A DNA stretch of 64,000 nt from an uncultured Pelagibacteraceae bacterium (GCA_902561155.1 CACEOY010000005.1:12485-76484), one strand, 5' to 3'. Positions 29,726 to 40,156 are shown, numbered from the stretch's first letter. Made by a program: numbers and translations. Notes: generated from the letters alone by a model not told the origin.

Positions 29726-31533
29726 TGTCAGAGATAGATAGAATTCGTAATTTTTCAATAATTGCGCATATTGATCATGGCAAGTCAACTATTGCGGATA
29801 GAATAATTCATAAATGTGGTGGCTTAACTGATCGTGAAATGAAACAACAAGTACTCGATTCAATGGATATTGAAAGAGAAAGGGGAATAACAATTAAAGC
29901 GCAAACTGTAAAACTTAAATATAAATCAAAAGATGGAAAAGAATATACACTCAACATAATTGATACGCCTGGTCACGTTGACTTTGGATATGAAGTGAGC
30001 CGTTCTCTTTCTGCTTGTGAAGGGTCACTATTAATAGTTGATAGCACACAGGGAGTTGAGGCTCAAACTTTAGCAAATGTTTATCAAGCTCTTGAAATTA
30101 ATCATGAGGTAATTCCAATTTTAAATAAAATTGATTTACCAGCCTCAGATATAGATAAAACAAAGCAAGAAATCGAAGACGTTGTCGGAATTGACACTTC
30201 CAACGCTATTCCATGTTCTGGAAAAACCGGTGAGGGTATAGACAATATTCTTGAGGCAATAATTAATAACTTGCCTTCTCCAAAAGGAAAAAAAGATGAA
30301 AAACTAAAATGTTTATTAGTTGATAGTTGGTATGACAGCTACTTAGGCGTAGTAATTTTAGTGAGGGTAATTGATGGAAAAATTAAAAAAAACATGAAAA
30401 TAAAATTACTTTCTAATAACAAAGAATATATTATCGAAAAAGTAGGTGTTTTTACCCCAAAACCTGTAGATATCAATGAACTAAATTCAGGAGAAATTGG
30501 ATTTATAATTACAGGTATAAAATCTTTATCAGAGACAAAAGTGGGTGACACGATATGCGATGCTTTAAATCCAATTAGCAACCCGTTATCAGGCTTTAAA
30601 CCAAGTAAACCAGTTGTTTTCTGCGGACTTTTTCCTGTCGATAGCTCAGAGTTTCAAAAACTTAAAGATGGTTTAGCAAAACTCAAACTAAACGACGCAA
30701 GCTTTTCTTATGAACCAGAATCCTCGAGTGCGCTAGGACTCGGTTTTAGATGCGGTTTTTTAGGCCTTCTGCATCTTGAAATAATCACTGAAAGATTAGA
30801 GAGAGAATTTGATGTTAATTTGATAACAACAACCCCAGGCGTAATTTACAAAGTTCATAAACAAAAAGGTGAAATTATTGACTTGCAAAACCCGACTAAT
30901 ATGCCCGATCCTTCGCAAATAGAAAAAATAGAGGAACCTTGGATTAAATCAACAATTATTACGCCAGACGAGTATTTAGGCGCAATAATAAAAATTTGCC
31001 AAGATAAAAGAGGTATACAAACAAATTTAAGTTACTCTGGTAAAAGAGCAGTTTTATCCTACGACCTTCCATTAAATGAAGTGGTATTTGATTTTAATGA
31101 CAGACTAAAATCAGTTTCAAGTGGATATGCTAGCTTTGATTATGAAATTTCTGGTTACAGAGAAGGAGCCCTAGTTAAGCTAGGTATACTTGTAAACGGC
31201 GAGTCGGTAGATGCTTTAGCAATGATAATTCATAAAGAATTTGCACAAAAGACAGGTAGACAAGTGTGTGAAAAGTTAAAAGACCTAATTCCTAGACATA
31301 ATTTTATGATACCTGTTCAAGCAGCAATTGGCGGTAAAATAATAGCCAGAGAATCTATAAAAGGATTTAAAAAAGATGTTCTGACTAAAATCCATGGAGG
31401 AGGAGCTGCGGATAGAAAAAGAAAACTTTTAGAAAAACAAAAAAAAGGTAAAGCAAGATCTAAGCAATTTGGAAAAGTCGAAATTCCTCAAGAGGCATTT
31501 ATTGGTGTTCTTAAGATCAATAAGGAAACATGA
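29725..31533 (+). CDS. lepA: Elongation factor 4 (LepA)
   Basis: [48 protein letters not shown]. Confidence 0.97.
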   Translation: MSEIDRIRNFSIIAHIDHGKSTIADRIIHKCGGLTDREMKQQVLDSMDIERERGITIKAQTVKLKYKSKDGKEYTLNIIDTPGHVDFGYEVSRSLSACEGSLLIVDSTQGVEAQTLANVYQALEINHEVIPILNKIDLPASDIDKTKQEIEDVVGIDTSNAIPCSGKTGEGIDNILEAIINNLPSPKGKKDEKLKCLLVDSWYDSYLGVVILVRVIDGKIKKNMKIKLLSNNKEYIIEKVGVFTPKPVDINELNSGEIGFIITGIKSLSETKVGDTICDALNPISNPLSGFKPSKPVVFCGLFPVDSSEFQKLKDGLAKLKLNDASFSYEPESSSALGLGFRCGFLGLLHLEIITERLEREFDVNLITTTPGVIYKVHKQKGEIIDLQNPTNMPDPSQIEKIEEPWIKSTIITPDEYLGAIIKICQDKRGIQTNLSYSGKRAVLSYDLPLNEVVFDFNDRLKSVSSGYASFDYEISGYREGALVKLGILVNGESVDALAMIIHKEFAQKTGRQVCEKLKDLIPRHNFMIPVQAAIGGKIIARESIKGFKKDVLTKIHGGGAADRKRKLLEKQKKGKARSKQFGKVEIPQEAFIGVLKINKET

Positions 31534-32543
31534 AAAATACACTTTATTTGATTTCAAATGAGAAAATTTCTCAAAATAACGAAATGTTTTTCTGTGATAA
31601 TTTAGATATGAAATCTACGCCCGAAGGTTTAAATAAATATTTCGATGTAAAAGTTATTGCAAGAAAAAGCAAGGTTAGTAGATGTCAAAAAATACATCTT
31701 AAAAATATCAAAACTTTTTCAAGTATTTTTTCCTACTTATCTGAAGTTATAAATTTACCGAAAAACAATTCTAAATTTTTAATAATTTCACTCACACCAT
31801 TTACATTTTTAGCTGGTATTATTTTAATATTTTCAGGACAAAAACCTTTTCTTTATTTAAGAAGCAATGGTTATGATGAATACAAAATTATTTTAGGAAC
31901 ATTAGGAAAATTTATTTATCATATAATGTTTATAACAATTACTAGATTTTCAATTTTAATTAGTTGTAGAGAATATATTCTAAGGGGAAAAAAAGGATAT
32001 ATCGTATCACCTTCGCAACTTGACTCATCATGGAAAGAAAATTATTCAGAGCCAACTATTAAAAAGATTAAGTTAATATATGTGGGAAGAATAAAAAAAG
32101 AAAAAGGAATTTTTTCATTACTAAATCTAATTAAAGATCAATCTAACATAAATCTTACAATAGTTGGCGCAAGTGAGGAGGATAAAAAAATAACACAATC
32201 AAATGTAGATATCTTTAATATTGTTAGAGATAAAAAAGAATTAATAAAATTGTACGACAAAAACAATATTACGATTTTGCCGTCATTTACTGAAGGTTAC
32301 CCTATGATAATATTAGAGTCACTTTCAAGACGAAGACCAGTTATTATTTTTAAAGAAATAGAGCATGTAATAGAAAATAGAATAGGTATATTTGTTTCAA
32401 ATAGAAATTTTGCCAGTCTATTAGAAAAAATAAATCATATAATTAGTAATTATAATTCTATACAAGAAAGTATGAAAATAAATAAATTACCAGACAGTGA
32501 GTCTTTTATAAATCAGTTAAAAAAAATATTATCTAAAAATTAA
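31530..32543 (+). CDS. GT-B glycosyltransferase (GT4-like) with divergent N-terminus
   Basis: [10 protein letters not shown] and [15 protein letters not shown] motifs. Confidence 0.8.
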   Translation: MKNTLYLISNEKISQNNEMFFCDNLDMKSTPEGLNKYFDVKVIARKSKVSRCQKIHLKNIKTFSSIFSYLSEVINLPKNNSKFLIISLTPFTFLAGIILIFSGQKPFLYLRSNGYDEYKIILGTLGKFIYHIMFITITRFSILISCREYILRGKKGYIVSPSQLDSSWKENYSEPTIKKIKLIYVGRIKKEKGIFSLLNLIKDQSNINLTIVGASEEDKKITQSNVDIFNIVRDKKELIKLYDKNNITILPSFTEGYPMIILESLSRRRPVIIFKEIEHVIENRIGIFVSNRNFASLLEKINHIISNYNSIQESMKINKLPDSESFINQLKKILSKN

Positions 32544-32546
32544 CTT

Positions 32547-33245
32547 ATGAATAAAAATTTAGTTTTTACAGCCACTTACAATGAAGTGGATAATATATCT
32601 AATTTTCTAGATATTGTTTTAAAAATTCCAAACATCGATATTTTGATAGTTGATGACAACTCTCCAGATAAAACTGGAGATATAATCAAACGTTATCAAA
32701 AGAATTATCAAAACTTGTTTTTGGTTAGCAGAAAAGGAAAAGAAGGCTTAGATAGCGCACATAAAATAGGATTTAATTTTGCAAAAGAAAAAAAATATGA
32801 AAAGTTAATAACCATAGATGCTGACTTATCACATGATCCAAAAATTATACCATTGTTCATAGACGCTTTAAATGAAAAACCATTTGTCATAGGTTCCAGG
32901 TACATGAAAGGCGCATCAAACGATATGAAATTGTTTAGATACTGTCTTAGCTATGTTGGAAATAAAGTTATAAAGTTAGTTTTGAATATTGAAAGTGATG
33001 AATTTACATCATCATTTAGAGGTTTTGCTTTAAACAAATTAAAAAATTTAGATATAAATGATGTAAAAATTAAAGGTTATAGTTTTTTTATGGGGACAAT
33101 ATATTTAGTAAATAAACTTGGTTATAAGATTTATCAGATTCCTCTTCAATTTAAAGATAGAACAGAAGGTGTATCAAAAATACCTAAAATTGAAATTTTT
33201 AGAACATTGCGAAATCTATTTTTATTAAAAATAAACAAACTTTAA
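32547..33245 (+). CDS. GT2 polyprenol-phosphate glycosyltransferase (Dpm1-like)
   Basis: TYNE, VDDNSPDKTG, IDADLSHDP, GSRY, DRTEGVSK. Confidence 0.88.
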   Translation: MNKNLVFTATYNEVDNISNFLDIVLKIPNIDILIVDDNSPDKTGDIIKRYQKNYQNLFLVSRKGKEGLDSAHKIGFNFAKEKKYEKLITIDADLSHDPKIIPLFIDALNEKPFVIGSRYMKGASNDMKLFRYCLSYVGNKVIKLVLNIESDEFTSSFRGFALNKLKNLDINDVKIKGYSFFMGTIYLVNKLGYKIYQIPLQFKDRTEGVSKIPKIEIFRTLRNLFLLKINKL

Positions 33246-33288
33246 CAAAAAAATTGAAATAAATAATGGTATTAGTTAATAATTCACT

Positions 33289-33666
33289 ATGAATAAAAAT
33301 GATAGCAATAAAAGTTTTGGTATTCTTTTTTTTATTGTTTTTTTGTTAATAGCTATTTGGCCTTTTATTGCATCTGAGCCAGTAAGAATTTGGGCTATAA
33401 TCGTCTCATTAACATTCTTACTTCTTGGAATAATTAACTCAAAACTACTCACACCATTAAAAAGAGGTTGGATCAAACTTGGTGAAATTTTAGGCAAAGT
33501 AATAGCTCCAATAGTAATGGGGTTTATTTATTTTTTAATTATCACACCAATAGGTCTTTTAATGCGTTTATTAGGTAAGGATTTATTAAGTATTAAGTTA
33601 AACAAAGAAAAATCTTACTGGATTAAAAGATCTAAGAATATAAATACTATGAGGAGGCAATTTTAA
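33289..33666 (+). CDS. SxtJ-family membrane protein
   Basis: SNKSFG...W-x-KLGEILG...IYFLIITPIGLLMRLLGKDLL...SYWIKR...RRQF pattern. Confidence 0.82.
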   Translation: MNKNDSNKSFGILFFIVFLLIAIWPFIASEPVRIWAIIVSLTFLLLGIINSKLLTPLKRGWIKLGEILGKVIAPIVMGFIYFLIITPIGLLMRLLGKDLLSIKLNKEKSYWIKRSKNINTMRRQF

Positions 33667-33819
33667 ATGCTAAGTTTTATTAAAGAATTTTACTCTTTCT
33701 TAAAAGAAAGGAAAAAATACTGGTTGTTACCCATTATTATTGTCCTAGCTTTATTTGGTGCTCTCATAGTTCTTAGCCAGGGTTCAGTAGTGGCTCCTTT
33801 TATTTACACAATTTTTTAG
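33667..33819 (+). CDS. SxtK/DUF5989-family 50-aa membrane protein (not in ORF track)
   Basis: MLSFIKEFYSFLKERKKYWLLPIIIVLALFGALIVLSQGSVVAPFIYTIF; RKKYWLLP and APFIYTIF signatures; GAGGAGG RBS upstream. Confidence 0.88.
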   Translation: MLSFIKEFYSFLKERKKYWLLPIIIVLALFGALIVLSQGSVVAPFIYTIF

Positions 33820-33839
33820 CAAGTAAATATTATATAATT

Positions 33840-33857
33840 ATGAAAAAAAAAAAATAA
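33840..33857 (+). repeat. A12 homopolymer forming minigene ATG-(AAA)4-TAA, which overlaps the carbamoyltransferase ATG
   Basis: ATG AAAAAAAAAAAA TAATG; A tract at 33843-33854. Confidence 0.6.
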
Positions 33858-35698
33858 TGAAAAGTATACTGGGTATATCCGCATTTTATCACGATAGTGC
33901 AGCTGCGCTGCTAATTGATGGAAAAATTATTGCAGCAGCGCAAGAGGAGAGGTTTACAAGAAAGAAACATGATTCTAGCTATCCCTATAATTCTATTAAA
34001 TACGTTTTAAATGAAGCTAAATTGAATTTAACCCAAATAGACCAGATAGTTTTTTATGAAAAACCTTTCTTAAAATTCGAAAGATTACTCGAAACATATT
34101 TGGCTTTTGCACCAAGGGGTTTTTCAACTTTTTTAATGTCAATGCCTATTTGGTTAAGAGAGAAGCTTTTTCAAAAAAATTTTATATTCGAACAACTCAA
34201 AAGAAACGATAAAGATTTTAATGATATTGAAAAAATTAGTTTTTCTGAACACCATTTTAGTCATGCTGCTAGCGCTTATTATCCTTCACCTTTTGATGAA
34301 GCGGTAATTTTGACTTTAGACGGCGTAGGTGAATGGGCTACGACAACGCTAGCGATAGGAAAAGAAAATAAGATTTCAATGATAAAAGAAATTTACTTTC
34401 CTCATTCTATTGGACTCCTTTACTCTGCTTTTACTTATTATACAGGTTTTAAGGTGAATAGCGGAGAATATAAAGTAATGGGTTTAGCACCGTACGGTAA
34501 ACCTAAATATACAGAATTGATACTGAAAGAACTAATAGACGTTAAAGAAGATGGCTCATTCAGATTAAATATGAAATATTTTAATTTCGCGACAGGGCTT
34601 ACTATGACTAACGATAAATTTTCAAAACTGTTTGGTCACAAAGTCAGGGATCCAGATAAAGAATTACTTACCCAATTTCACATGGATATAGCCTCATCAG
34701 TTCAAGAAGTTATTGAAATTATAGTTTTAAAACTAGTTAAAAATATTCAGATAGAAACCAATATTCAAAATTTATGTTTAGCCGGGGGTGTTGCCCTAAA
34801 TTGTGTTGCTAATGGAAAAATTGTAAAGAACAAAATTTTTAAAAATGTTTGGATACAGCCTGCATCTGGAGATGCGGGCGGTTCTCTTGGTGCAGCTTTA
34901 GCTTATTGGCATCAAGAGCTTTCACAACCTAGAATTACAAGCACTCCCCTAGATAAAATGAATGGATCTTTTTTAGGACCTAAGTTCGATGAAAAATTTA
35001 TTGAAAAAAGCTTACAAAAATTAGGAGCAAATTTTCTTAAATTTCAAAACGAAAATCTTATAAATGAAGTTGCGAATGAATTGAGTAATGGAAAAATAGT
35101 TGGTTGGTTTCAAGGCAGAATGGAATTCGGTCCTAGAGCTTTGGGTTGTCGATCTATAATTGCTGATCCAAGATCTGAAAAAATGCAAAAAAATTTAAAT
35201 TTAAAAATAAAATACAGAGAAAGCTTTAGACCATTTGCTCCTTCAATATTAAGAGAGGATTTAAACGATTGGTTTGAATTAAATTGTGATAGTCCATATA
35301 TGCTCCTAGTTGCTAATGTTAAGGAAAATATTCAAATAAAAGAAACTGAAAAAAATAAAAATTTATTTGGCATTGACAGGCTAAATTTAAAAAGATCATC
35401 TATTCCAGCCGTTACCCATGTAGATTATTCTGCAAGAATTCAAACGGTTCATAAAGAAACAAATCCTAAATATTATTATTTATTAGAAAAATTTAAAAAA
35501 TTAACCAAATGTCCGATACTTGTTAATACATCATTTAACATCAGGGGAGAGCCTATCGTTTGTTCCATAGAAGATGCATTTAAATGTTTCATGGGAACAG
35601 AACTAGATATTTTAGTATGTGAAAACTTTGTCTTAAAAAAACAAGATCAAGACAAAAATCTTCAAAATAATTACAAAAGTCAAGTAGAACTTGATTAA
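33857..35698 (+). CDS. O-carbamoyltransferase (NodU/CmcH/SxtI family)
   Basis: GISAFYHDSAAAL, EERFTRKKHD, HHFSHAASA, DGVGE, GGVALNC, EFGPRALG, RESFRPFAP, NTSFN. Confidence 0.93.
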   Translation: MKSILGISAFYHDSAAALLIDGKIIAAAQEERFTRKKHDSSYPYNSIKYVLNEAKLNLTQIDQIVFYEKPFLKFERLLETYLAFAPRGFSTFLMSMPIWLREKLFQKNFIFEQLKRNDKDFNDIEKISFSEHHFSHAASAYYPSPFDEAVILTLDGVGEWATTTLAIGKENKISMIKEIYFPHSIGLLYSAFTYYTGFKVNSGEYKVMGLAPYGKPKYTELILKELIDVKEDGSFRLNMKYFNFATGLTMTNDKFSKLFGHKVRDPDKELLTQFHMDIASSVQEVIEIIVLKLVKNIQIETNIQNLCLAGGVALNCVANGKIVKNKIFKNVWIQPASGDAGGSLGAALAYWHQELSQPRITSTPLDKMNGSFLGPKFDEKFIEKSLQKLGANFLKFQNENLINEVANELSNGKIVGWFQGRMEFGPRALGCRSIIADPRSEKMQKNLNLKIKYRESFRPFAPSILREDLNDWFELNCDSPYMLLVANVKENIQIKETEKNKNLFGIDRLNLKRSSIPAVTHVDYSARIQTVHKETNPKYYYLLEKFKKLTKCPILVNTSFNIRGEPIVCSIEDAFKCFMGTELDILVCENFVLKKQDQDKNLQNNYKSQVELD

Positions 35699-35701
35699 TA
35701 G

Positions 35702-36406
35702 ATGTCTTATTTTATGAACTTAATTTATAAGCTTGTAGATAAATTTTTGATGAATGATTTTTCAAAAGAAATTTCAAAAATAATAAATGATAACTCAAAA
35801 ACTAGAGTCACAATTTTTGATGTTGGTTGTTTTCAAGGTAATTTTTCAAGAAGTTTAAAAAATGAAATTAAAAAAGAGATTAATTTTCATTTGTTTGATC
35901 CAAACCCAAACTTAATTCTAAAAGATTTTAAATATGAGGAATTAGCTTTTTCTAATGTCAAAGGATCTAAAAAATTTTATTTAAATACTTTTTTTCCTGC
36001 GTCTGGTTCTTCTCTCAACACCATCCATGCTAAAGATAAGTTATGGAATTTTACTAGAAAACTTATTACAGGAAATCTCAGTAAACATTTTAAAAGTTTT
36101 GATGTAAAAATCGATACTATAGACAATTTTTGTAAGGAAAAAAATATAAATTTTATTGATGTCTTAAAAATTGACACAGAAGGTTCAGAATTAGAAGTGC
36201 TAGAAGGTGCAAAAAATATGCTGAGCAAAACAAATATAATTTTAATCGAAGTATTAGATGAAAGAAAAAAATACGAGGAAAAATATCAAAAAGTAACATA
36301 TATTTTAGAACAGAACAATTTCACCAAAATTATAAAAAAAAGAATATGGTCCCTTGGAACATTAAGCAATATGAAAGCAACGGACATATTATTTAAAAAG
36401 CAATAG
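35702..36406 (+). CDS. FkbM-family SAM-dependent methyltransferase
   Basis: [30 protein letters not shown]. Confidence 0.85.
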   Translation: MSYFMNLIYKLVDKFLMNDFSKEISKIINDNSKTRVTIFDVGCFQGNFSRSLKNEIKKEINFHLFDPNPNLILKDFKYEELAFSNVKGSKKFYLNTFFPASGSSLNTIHAKDKLWNFTRKLITGNLSKHFKSFDVKIDTIDNFCKEKNINFIDVLKIDTEGSELEVLEGAKNMLSKTNIILIEVLDERKKYEEKYQKVTYILEQNNFTKIIKKRIWSLGTLSNMKATDILFKKQ

Positions 36407-36495
36407 GAGAGGTGGCCGAGTGGTTGAAGGCGCACGCTTGGAAAGCGTGTAAACGGGAAACCGTTTCGAGGGTTCGAATCCCTCTCTCTCCGCCA
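36406..36495 (+). tRNA. tRNA-Ser(GGA)
   Basis: GGAGAGG/TCTCTCC acceptor stem, CACGC-TTGGAAA-GCGTG anticodon arm, long variable arm, GGTTCGAATCC, G discriminator plus CCA. Confidence 0.96.
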
Positions 36496-36560
36496 TTTAT
36501 TATTCACATTCAACTAAAAAGAGTCTAACGATAAAATCACGAATCATTTAAGTTATGAAT

Positions 36561-36599
36561 AAGGGCAGCCGAGGGAGACTGAGGCTGCCTTTGCTTTTT
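36561..36599 (+). terminator. GC-rich hairpin terminator with 12-nt loop
   Basis: AAGGGCAGCC-gagggagactga-GGCTGCCTTT followed by GCTTTTT; lies between convergent units. Confidence 0.7.
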
Positions 36600-37338
36600 A
36601 GGGTCTTTTAATTCCAATCACTTTTAAATTTACTGTTCGTTCAATTCTTTCAATAGTTTGGTTAATTCCCATAATAACTGTTTTTTTCATGGGCCCGTAA
36701 GCATGAATAAGTTTTTTATTTGATATGGCGATTGCAACGTGACCTTTCCAAAAAATAAGATCGTTTTTTTTAATTTTTTTAAGTGTAATATTTTTTCTAA
36801 AATATTTGACCTGATCTTTTGCATCTCTGGGACAATATTTTTTGTGAAAATTTAAAAAAATTTGTACTAAGGCAGAGCAGTCGATTCCTTTAAAAGATTT
36901 ACCTCCCCATTTATATTTTACATTTTTAAAAATATTAATTTTACTAAAAAGATTTTTTTCTTTATAAGAAATCGGTTTAATATCTTCTGAGCTAATCCAA
37001 CCTTTTTGGAATTTAAGAAAATTTAGTTTTTTATTTAAAACTTTTATTTTTGAGCCAAAAGTTAACCTACTAATTTCATTTCGTTTGTTTGGAAATTTAT
37101 AAACTTTTGCTTTTAAAACTGCTACTTTATGTGATGGCTTGATGTATTGAGAAAATTTTTTTTTAATCACATAGCCTTTATAATTATCCTCTTTAATTTT
37201 TATTTTAAGCCAGTTTTTTGTTTTTTTTTTAAGTGAGAAACTGTCTCCATAAATCATTTGTGTAACTATTTCAGACTTAGCGGAGGGTTTTTTATGTAAA
37301 TTTATTATTGAAAAGTTATTGGTTAAGTATTTAGTCAT
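36598..37338 (-). CDS. NlpC/P60 (C40) cell-wall peptidase with SH3-like N-terminus
   Basis: YKWGG, GIDCSALVQ, PRDAKDQ, FWKGHVA, IHA. Confidence 0.88.
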   Translation of the reverse strand: MTKYLTNNFSIINLHKKPSAKSEIVTQMIYGDSFSLKKKTKNWLKIKIKEDNYKGYVIKKKFSQYIKPSHKVAVLKAKVYKFPNKRNEISRLTFGSKIKVLNKKLNFLKFQKGWISSEDIKPISYKEKNLFSKINIFKNVKYKWGGKSFKGIDCSALVQIFLNFHKKYCPRDAKDQVKYFRKNITLKKIKKNDLIFWKGHVAIAISNKKLIHAYGPMKKTVIMGINQTIERIERTVNLKVIGIKRP

Positions 37339-38704
37339 TTAATTTAAGTTTATCTTTAATCATGTAAAGAAATATAAGAGAGGGTATTACCATTACCGCA
37401 GTAATTATAAAGAAAATACCCCAATCTCCATTTAACCAATCAACCAGAGCACCTGATGATGCTGCAAGAGTAGTTCTTCCAGCTGTTCCAATAGATGATA
37501 GAAGAGCATACTGAGTTGCAGTATAAGTTCTATCTACAAGCATAGATATAAAAGCAACAAAAGCAACTGTTGCAAACGCAGCAGCCATATCATCAAAAAT
37601 AACAGCTATAGCAAATAATAATTCAGATTTTCCAGACCAGGCCAGCAGAGAAAATAAAAGATTTGTAGAAGCCATCAATATTCCAGAGACAAACATCGCT
37701 TTAATAACACCTGATCGAATTGCGAATAATCCACCTAGCAACGTAAATATAACAGTTGTAATCCATCCAAGACCTTTAGAATATAAAGCTATATCTGATT
37801 TGGTGAACCCTATTTCTTTATAGAAGATAACAGACATTCTTCCTAAGAAAGCTTCACCAATCTTAAACAAAAATACAAAACCTAAAATTGCAATTGCAAT
37901 ATTAAAGCCGTTTTTTTTAAAGAAACTTATTACTGGACCGATTACAGTGCCTGTTAACCAAGCAAGTACTTTTTTTAGGATACTTGGAGAACCTAATTTA
38001 TCCTCGATTAATTTATCAGTTTGTCTCTGACTTTCAGCTCTATCAATAGGTTGAGGTTCATTTACAAACATAAGACCAATATTACAAACAATTATCAGCA
38101 TTCCTAAAACTAAAAAAGTTATTTGCCAGTAGTTTTCGTAACCTAATTGCTGAAATAACTCAGCAGCATTTAGAGCTACAACTCCACCTAATTTGTATCC
38201 AGTCCACCAACCGACTACCGCCATTGCAGCACCTGCCTGCATTGATCTGCCTTCATGCTCACCTATTTGCTCTATTCTTAAAGCATCAACCGTAATATCT
38301 TGAGTTGCAGATGCAATTGCAATTACAAGCCCAATGCTAATAACCAATGTCAAATTTACAGTTGGATTTATTAAACTCCAACAAACTAAACAAATTAAAA
38401 TTAAAGTTTGCATAGATATAATCCAACCACGTCTATGACCAACTTTCTTAGTTAACCAAGGAATTCTAACTCTGTCTATAATTGGAGCCCATAGATAATT
38501 AAAAGCATATACAGCAAATATTAAACCAGCCCAACCAATGGTGCTTCTACTTAAACCATCTTCCTTTAACCAAAGACTCAGACTGCTACCAATTATGACC
38601 CAAGGAAAACCACTTATAGCACCAAGTAATAAAATTTTTATCATTCTTCGATCAAAATAAACAGTAAATGATTCTGAGAGTGTTTGTTTTTTATAAATTT
38701 CCAT
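37331..38704 (-). CDS. ampG: AmpG-family muropeptide MFS permease
   Basis: LLGAISGFP, WAPIID, RRGW, SATQDITVDALRIE, ATQYALLSS. Confidence 0.88.
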   Translation of the reverse strand: MEIYKKQTLSESFTVYFDRRMIKILLLGAISGFPWVIIGSSLSLWLKEDGLSRSTIGWAGLIFAVYAFNYLWAPIIDRVRIPWLTKKVGHRRGWIISMQTLILICLVCWSLINPTVNLTLVISIGLVIAIASATQDITVDALRIEQIGEHEGRSMQAGAAMAVVGWWTGYKLGGVVALNAAELFQQLGYENYWQITFLVLGMLIIVCNIGLMFVNEPQPIDRAESQRQTDKLIEDKLGSPSILKKVLAWLTGTVIGPVISFFKKNGFNIAIAILGFVFLFKIGEAFLGRMSVIFYKEIGFTKSDIALYSKGLGWITTVIFTLLGGLFAIRSGVIKAMFVSGILMASTNLLFSLLAWSGKSELLFAIAVIFDDMAAAFATVAFVAFISMLVDRTYTATQYALLSSIGTAGRTTLAASSGALVDWLNGDWGIFFIITAVMVIPSLIFLYMIKDKLKLND

Positions 38705-38707
38705 AGT

Positions 38708-40156
38708 TTAATTTCTCCAAAAAGATGGAAAAAATAAAACCAGAATAGCAAATAATTCCAATCTACCTAACAACATGCCGAAGGATAAAATCCACTTTGA
38801 AACATCTGGGATATTTTTATAATTACCATCTGGGCCTATCATATCACCTAGTCCAGGCCCCACATTTGAAATCGCACTAGCTGCACCTGAAATTGCTGTT
38901 AAAAAATCCAGTCCTGATAAAGATAACATTAAAGCCAAAATTAAAAAAATAAATATAAAAGAAAAAATAAAAGTAATAACAGATTTCATAAAATCATCTG
39001 AAATTTTTTGATTATTGTATTTAATTATCACAACACTATTCGGCGAAATAAGCTTCTTAATTTGATTCTTTAAAAATACTAACAACATTTGAAGCCTAAA
39101 TATTTTAATTCCACATGCAGTTGATCCAGCACATCCTCCAATAAACATTAAAAATAAAAAAAATATTAATGAAAATTTACCCCATAAACCAAAATCATCA
39201 GTCACATAACCTGTGCCTGACAAAATTGATATAACATTAAAAAACGAAATCCTAAAATTATCTAAAACTGATGTTTCTTCGCTTATTATAAGAAGATAGG
39301 TGAACATAATTAAAATAGAAATGATTAAGATGTAAATCAAACCTTTTATTTGAATATCATTTAAAAAAATTTTTTTATTTCCTTTAATAAATTTAAGATA
39401 AGTAATAAAAGGTATGCTCCCTAAAACAATAAAAATACTCGCTACTATTTCTATATTAGAGCTACTAAAAAAACCAATAGACTCATTATGAGTTGAGAAA
39501 CCTCCTGTAGCAAGAGTTGTCATAGAATGAGCTATGCTGTCAAAAATTGACATTCCAAATAACCAATAAAAAAAAGCACATAGTGAGGTTAGAACCAAAT
39601 AAGTTAATATAAGTATTGTAGCTACTTCTAATGTTCTCGGAAGAATTTTTTCAGTAGAAAGTGGTCCCTCCATTTTAAAAAGCTGCATTCCTCCAACTTT
39701 TAATAAAGGAAGAATTGTAATTGCCATCACTATTATTCCAATCCCACCTAACCATTGCATAATCGCTCTCCACAATAAAATGCTTTTAGGTGTATTATCT
39801 AAGTTGGTAATAACTGTTGCTCCGGTCGTTGTTATGCCTGACATACTTTCAAAAAATGCTTCACTAATTGAAAACGGTATTGGCGATAACAAAAAAGGTA
39901 AACTTCCAAATAATGCAATAAGGAACCAAGCCAATGCTGAAAATAAAAAAGTCTGTTGCAAGTTTAGTTTAAATTGTTCTTCTAAATTAGAAAGAATAAA
40001 TAAAATACCGATAAAAATAGTGATAAATGAAGCTCCTATAAAACTGTGACTATTTTCATTTTGAATGACTTGTACAGCATAAGGGATTAACATAGACGAT
40101 CCAAGAATAGTAAGCAAAACACCTATCAAGAAAAAAACTGTTTTATTTGAAGACAT
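38708..40156 (-). CDS. trkH: Trk potassium uptake membrane subunit
   Basis: FFESMSGITTTGAT, ATGGFS, IGGCAGSTACGIK, NVGPG, LGRLE. Confidence 0.93.
   Translation of the reverse strand: MSSNKTVFFLIGVLLTILGSSMLIPYAVQVIQNENSHSFIGASFITIFIGILFILSNLEEQFKLNLQQTFLFSALAWFLIALFGSLPFLLSPIPFSISEAFFESMSGITTTGATVITNLDNTPKSILLWRAIMQWLGGIGIIVMAITILPLLKVGGMQLFKMEGPLSTEKILPRTLEVATILILTYLVLTSLCAFFYWLFGMSIFDSIAHSMTTLATGGFSTHNESIGFFSSSNIEIVASIFIVLGSIPFITYLKFIKGNKKIFLNDIQIKGLIYILIISILIMFTYLLIISEETSVLDNFRISFFNVISILSGTGYVTDDFGLWGKFSLIFFLFLMFIGGCAGSTACGIKIFRLQMLLVFLKNQIKKLISPNSVVIIKYNNQKISDDFMKSVITFIFSFIFIFLILALMLSLSGLDFLTAISGAASAISNVGPGLGDMIGPDGNYKNIPDVSKWILSFGMLLGRLELFAILVLFFPSFWRN

Noticed and set aside
33289-35698. 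Saxitoxin biosynthesis cluster
   Set aside because: Only I/J/K-like genes are present; no sxtA, sxtG or other core genes, and the context is glycan modification
31530-36495. Integrative element or prophage at tRNA-Ser
   Set aside because: No integrase or phage genes, no duplicated tRNA 3' end seen, and the cassette lies 5' of the tRNA
36286-36513. 75-aa minus-strand ORF
   Set aside because: It is the antisense reading of tRNA-Ser and the fkbM end
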